Positions 61,993 to 64,000 of a stretch of 64,000 nt of DNA are shown in pieces; position 1 is the stretch's first letter, and every line of letters starts with the position of its first letter. The notes beneath the pieces were generated by a model. The model was not told the DNA's origin, searched no databases, and saw only the letters and a program-made list of their open reading frames with translations. Source of the DNA: Chlorobiota bacterium. GTDB lineage: Bacteria > Bacteroidota > Ignavibacteria > OLB7. The position numbers were made by a program, and so were the translations under genes. The DNA is taken from contig CP065014.1 in the NCBI GenBank assembly GCA_016700335.1, positions 2,309,479 to 2,373,478 of the forward strand, in the 5' to 3' direction.

Positions 61993-64000
61993 ATGAAGAC
62001 AGAAAGCCATTCAATAAATGATGTATTAGCTAAAAATGCAACATCATTTTTTATTCCACCATTTCAAAGAGCTTATTCTTGGGGTAGACCAGAAATTGAA
62101 AGATATTTTAGTGATATATCAAGAATTATAGAATCAGATTTAGATTTTAAACAACACGATAAATTAGAACACTTTTTCGGCACAGTTGTTATAAAAGAAG
62201 AAAAAGCAGGGTTCGCAAACAAATCAGTTGTAGTTGATGGTCAACAAAGACTTACAACCACTCTTATTTTCTTAATTGCACTTCGAGATTGTGAAACAGA
62301 TATTAAAAATCAAGAATATATTACCCAAAACTATTTAACAAACAACTCATCTTCATACCAAGACAAGATAAAACTTAAGCAAATAACAAAAGATTGGGAT
62401 TCATATAAAGCATTAGTAAACAAAACAAAACCAAAAGCAGGTGTTATAAGCAATGCTTATGAATTACTTAAAAAACTTATCAGTGAAAAGAAAAAATTAA
62501 ATCCTGAAGTTTCTTTTGAGAATTACATTATTGCTATTCAAAGAATAAATGTAGCAGTAATTTTTTTAGATGAAAGACCATTTAAAGGCGAAGACCCTCA
62601 AATAATATTTGAAACTCTAAATTCCTTGGGCAAACCATTGACACTATCTGACCTTGTAAGAAATTTTGTCTTACTTAATATGGAAAGTAATAAACAGTCA
62701 GATATTTATGAAAAAATTTGGCATCCAAATATTGAAGATATTCTTAATGAAAATTCATCCAAATTTTTTAGAGACTATTTGCAATATAAAACCAGTAGTT
62801 CTTTAAAAGTTGTTAGTGATAACAATACAAAAGAATTGTATCATCAATTTAAAGCTTTTGTTGAAGACAAATTTGAAAACCATAATGACTTCGTTATTGA
62901 TATTGTTCGCTTTGTAAAATGTTATAAATGGATTATTACCGAAATAGTTAATGAGCCCATTTCTCATAATTCAACAAAGGATAAGGAAATTAAAGAATTA
63001 CTTAGAAATATATTTCACGATATAAAGGCAGAAGCATTTAAACCACTCGTAATGGGGTTATTAGAATATCATCAATATACAGTTAACGATATTAGATTAA
63101 CTGATGAATTTTTAATTTCAACTTTAACTACAATAAGAACCTATCTTATAAGGCGAAGAATTTTAGGACTTACACAAGGAGAAAATAAAAACATTGTGAA
63201 TTTCAGCAAAAAAATTGAAGATTTGTCAAATGGAAATAATTTTATGATTGAACTTCTAACTAATCTATTTTATAGACTTAGATTACCTAATGACAATGAG
63301 ATAAAAAATTCTTTGACCTTAATGAATTTTTATGAAGGTTCAAAACAATATTCAAAATTTGTTTTAGGTAAAATAGAAGAGCATAACACAAAAGTGTCTG
63401 TTGATTTCCGTAATCCCAAAATTACTATTGAGCATATAATGCCTCAAACTTTAGAAGATAGTTGGAAAGAAGAATTAGGTAAAAATTTTAAAGAAATTTC
63501 CAAGAACTATTTACATAACATTGGCAATTTAATACTTACAGAATTTAACAGTGAAATTGGTAACAAACCATTTATTGCAAAGAAAAGAAAATTAGAGACA
63601 TCTTCTTTATATTTTAGATTGGACATTGTAAAAAGAGATATTTGGAATGAACAAAGTATTAAAGAACATCAAGCTAATATGATTACTTGGTTTCTTGAGA
63701 CATTTCCATTGCCAGAACTTTATAAAGAAAAAGAAAATTGGAACACACTATCCAATGAAAATACTCTATTTTCACCATTAGATACTGATGCAGGCGAAAT
63801 AGCAGAGGGAAATAAACCAATAGAACTTCAAATTTACAAAGAAGTAATTATTGTTAAAACTTGGCAGGATGTTTTTATTAAATTTATAAACCATTTGAAG
63901 AATAATTCCGAATTTGATTTTGATTTTATTCTAGAAAATCAAACTGAATTGTTCAGACGTGAAGATACAATAATAAAATGGAGTACCTTGAAGGAGTTAA
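61993..64000 (+). CDS. GmrSD-family (DUF262 + DUF1524) type IV restriction / anti-phage nuclease. 3' truncated at the window end; absent from the supplied ORF track.
   Basis: My own translation of the frame starting at ATG 61993 gives at least 669 codons with no stop. DUF262 hallmarks: FFIPPFQRAYSW and VVDGQQRLTT. DUF1524 His-Me-finger-like motifs: IEHIMPQT and HNIGNLILTEFNSEIGNK. Confidence 0.8.
   Translation, partial: MKTESHSINDVLAKNATSFFIPPFQRAYSWGRPEIERYFSDISRIIESDLDFKQHDKLEHFFGTVVIKEEKAGFANKSVVVDGQQRLTTTLIFLIALRDCETDIKNQEYITQNYLTNNSSSYQDKIKLKQITKDWDSYKALVNKTKPKAGVISNAYELLKKLISEKKKLNPEVSFENYIIAIQRINVAVIFLDERPFKGEDPQIIFETLNSLGKPLTLSDLVRNFVLLNMESNKQSDIYEKIWHPNIEDILNENSSKFFRDYLQYKTSSSLKVVSDNNTKELYHQFKAFVEDKFENHNDFVIDIVRFVKCYKWIITEIVNEPISHNSTKDKEIKELLRNIFHDIKAEAFKPLVMGLLEYHQYTVNDIRLTDEFLISTLTTIRTYLIRRRILGLTQGENKNIVNFSKKIEDLSNGNNFMIELLTNLFYRLRLPNDNEIKNSLTLMNFYEGSKQYSKFVLGKIEEHNTKVSVDFRNPKITIEHIMPQTLEDSWKEELGKNFKEISKNYLHNIGNLILTEFNSEIGNKPFIAKKRKLETSSLYFRLDIVKRDIWNEQSIKEHQANMITWFLETFPLPELYKEKENWNTLSNENTLFSPLDTDAGEIAEGNKPIELQIYKEVIIVKTWQDVFIKFINHLKNNSEFDFDFILENQTELFRREDTIIKWSTLKEL

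Noticed and set aside
1-64000. Search for transposases, integrases, IS inverted repeats and tRNA genes as markers of a mobile element around the 33-36 kb cassette
   Set aside because: No recombinase-like ORF and no tRNA were found in the window. The cassette is therefore described only as repeat-flanked and compositionally atypical, not as a defined mobile element.

Overview
The window is a low-GC (~30%) chromosomal segment, mostly housekeeping genes, from a bacterium with a type IX secretion system (T9SS). At least four proteins here end in a T9SS C-terminal sorting domain (CTD). Recognisable core genes are pheT, zapA, rny, rpiB, serS, mazG, hemW, uppS, fabH, fabD and an FtsW/RodA homologue. 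An RNase P RNA gene (rnpB) sits on the minus strand at about 36466-36920; it falls between ORFs on the supplied track. Cell-envelope and secreted proteins include vWA, OmpA, BNR (Asp-box) and beta-propeller proteins, a DUF1501/DUF1800 pair, and a DUF2723 protein with a GT4 glycosyltransferase. A stand-alone CobN-like chelatase and an ECF sigma/anti-sigma pair are also present.

The most unusual locus is 33.1-36.4 kb. Two ~198-bp near-identical direct repeats, each exactly the T9SS CTD-coding segment, bracket a cassette with NNT-biased codon usage. The cassette carries a cysteine-rich secreted protein whose 5' end holds a (GCAGACA)x6 heptanucleotide tract, which makes it a candidate for phase variation. 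It also carries a BNR-repeat T9SS cargo protein. An orphan CTD fragment is left beside serS.

Other loci worth a second look:
- A GmrSD-type (DUF262/DUF1524) defence nuclease gene sits right after fabD, where fabG/acpP would be expected, and runs off the window end.
- An FlhF-like SRP GTPase is translationally coupled to a membrane protein with a long low-complexity tail.
- A DUF1501 protein combines a Tat signal with a T9SS CTD.
- A GC-richer structured non-coding island lies between zapA and rny.

No CRISPR array, tRNA, transposase or integrase was found. The TAacTTTG motif recurs upstream of several genes and matches the Bacteroidota-type sigma-A -7 element. Together with the T9SS proteins this points to a Bacteroidota/Ignavibacteriota-like (FCB group) organism; that assignment is an inference.
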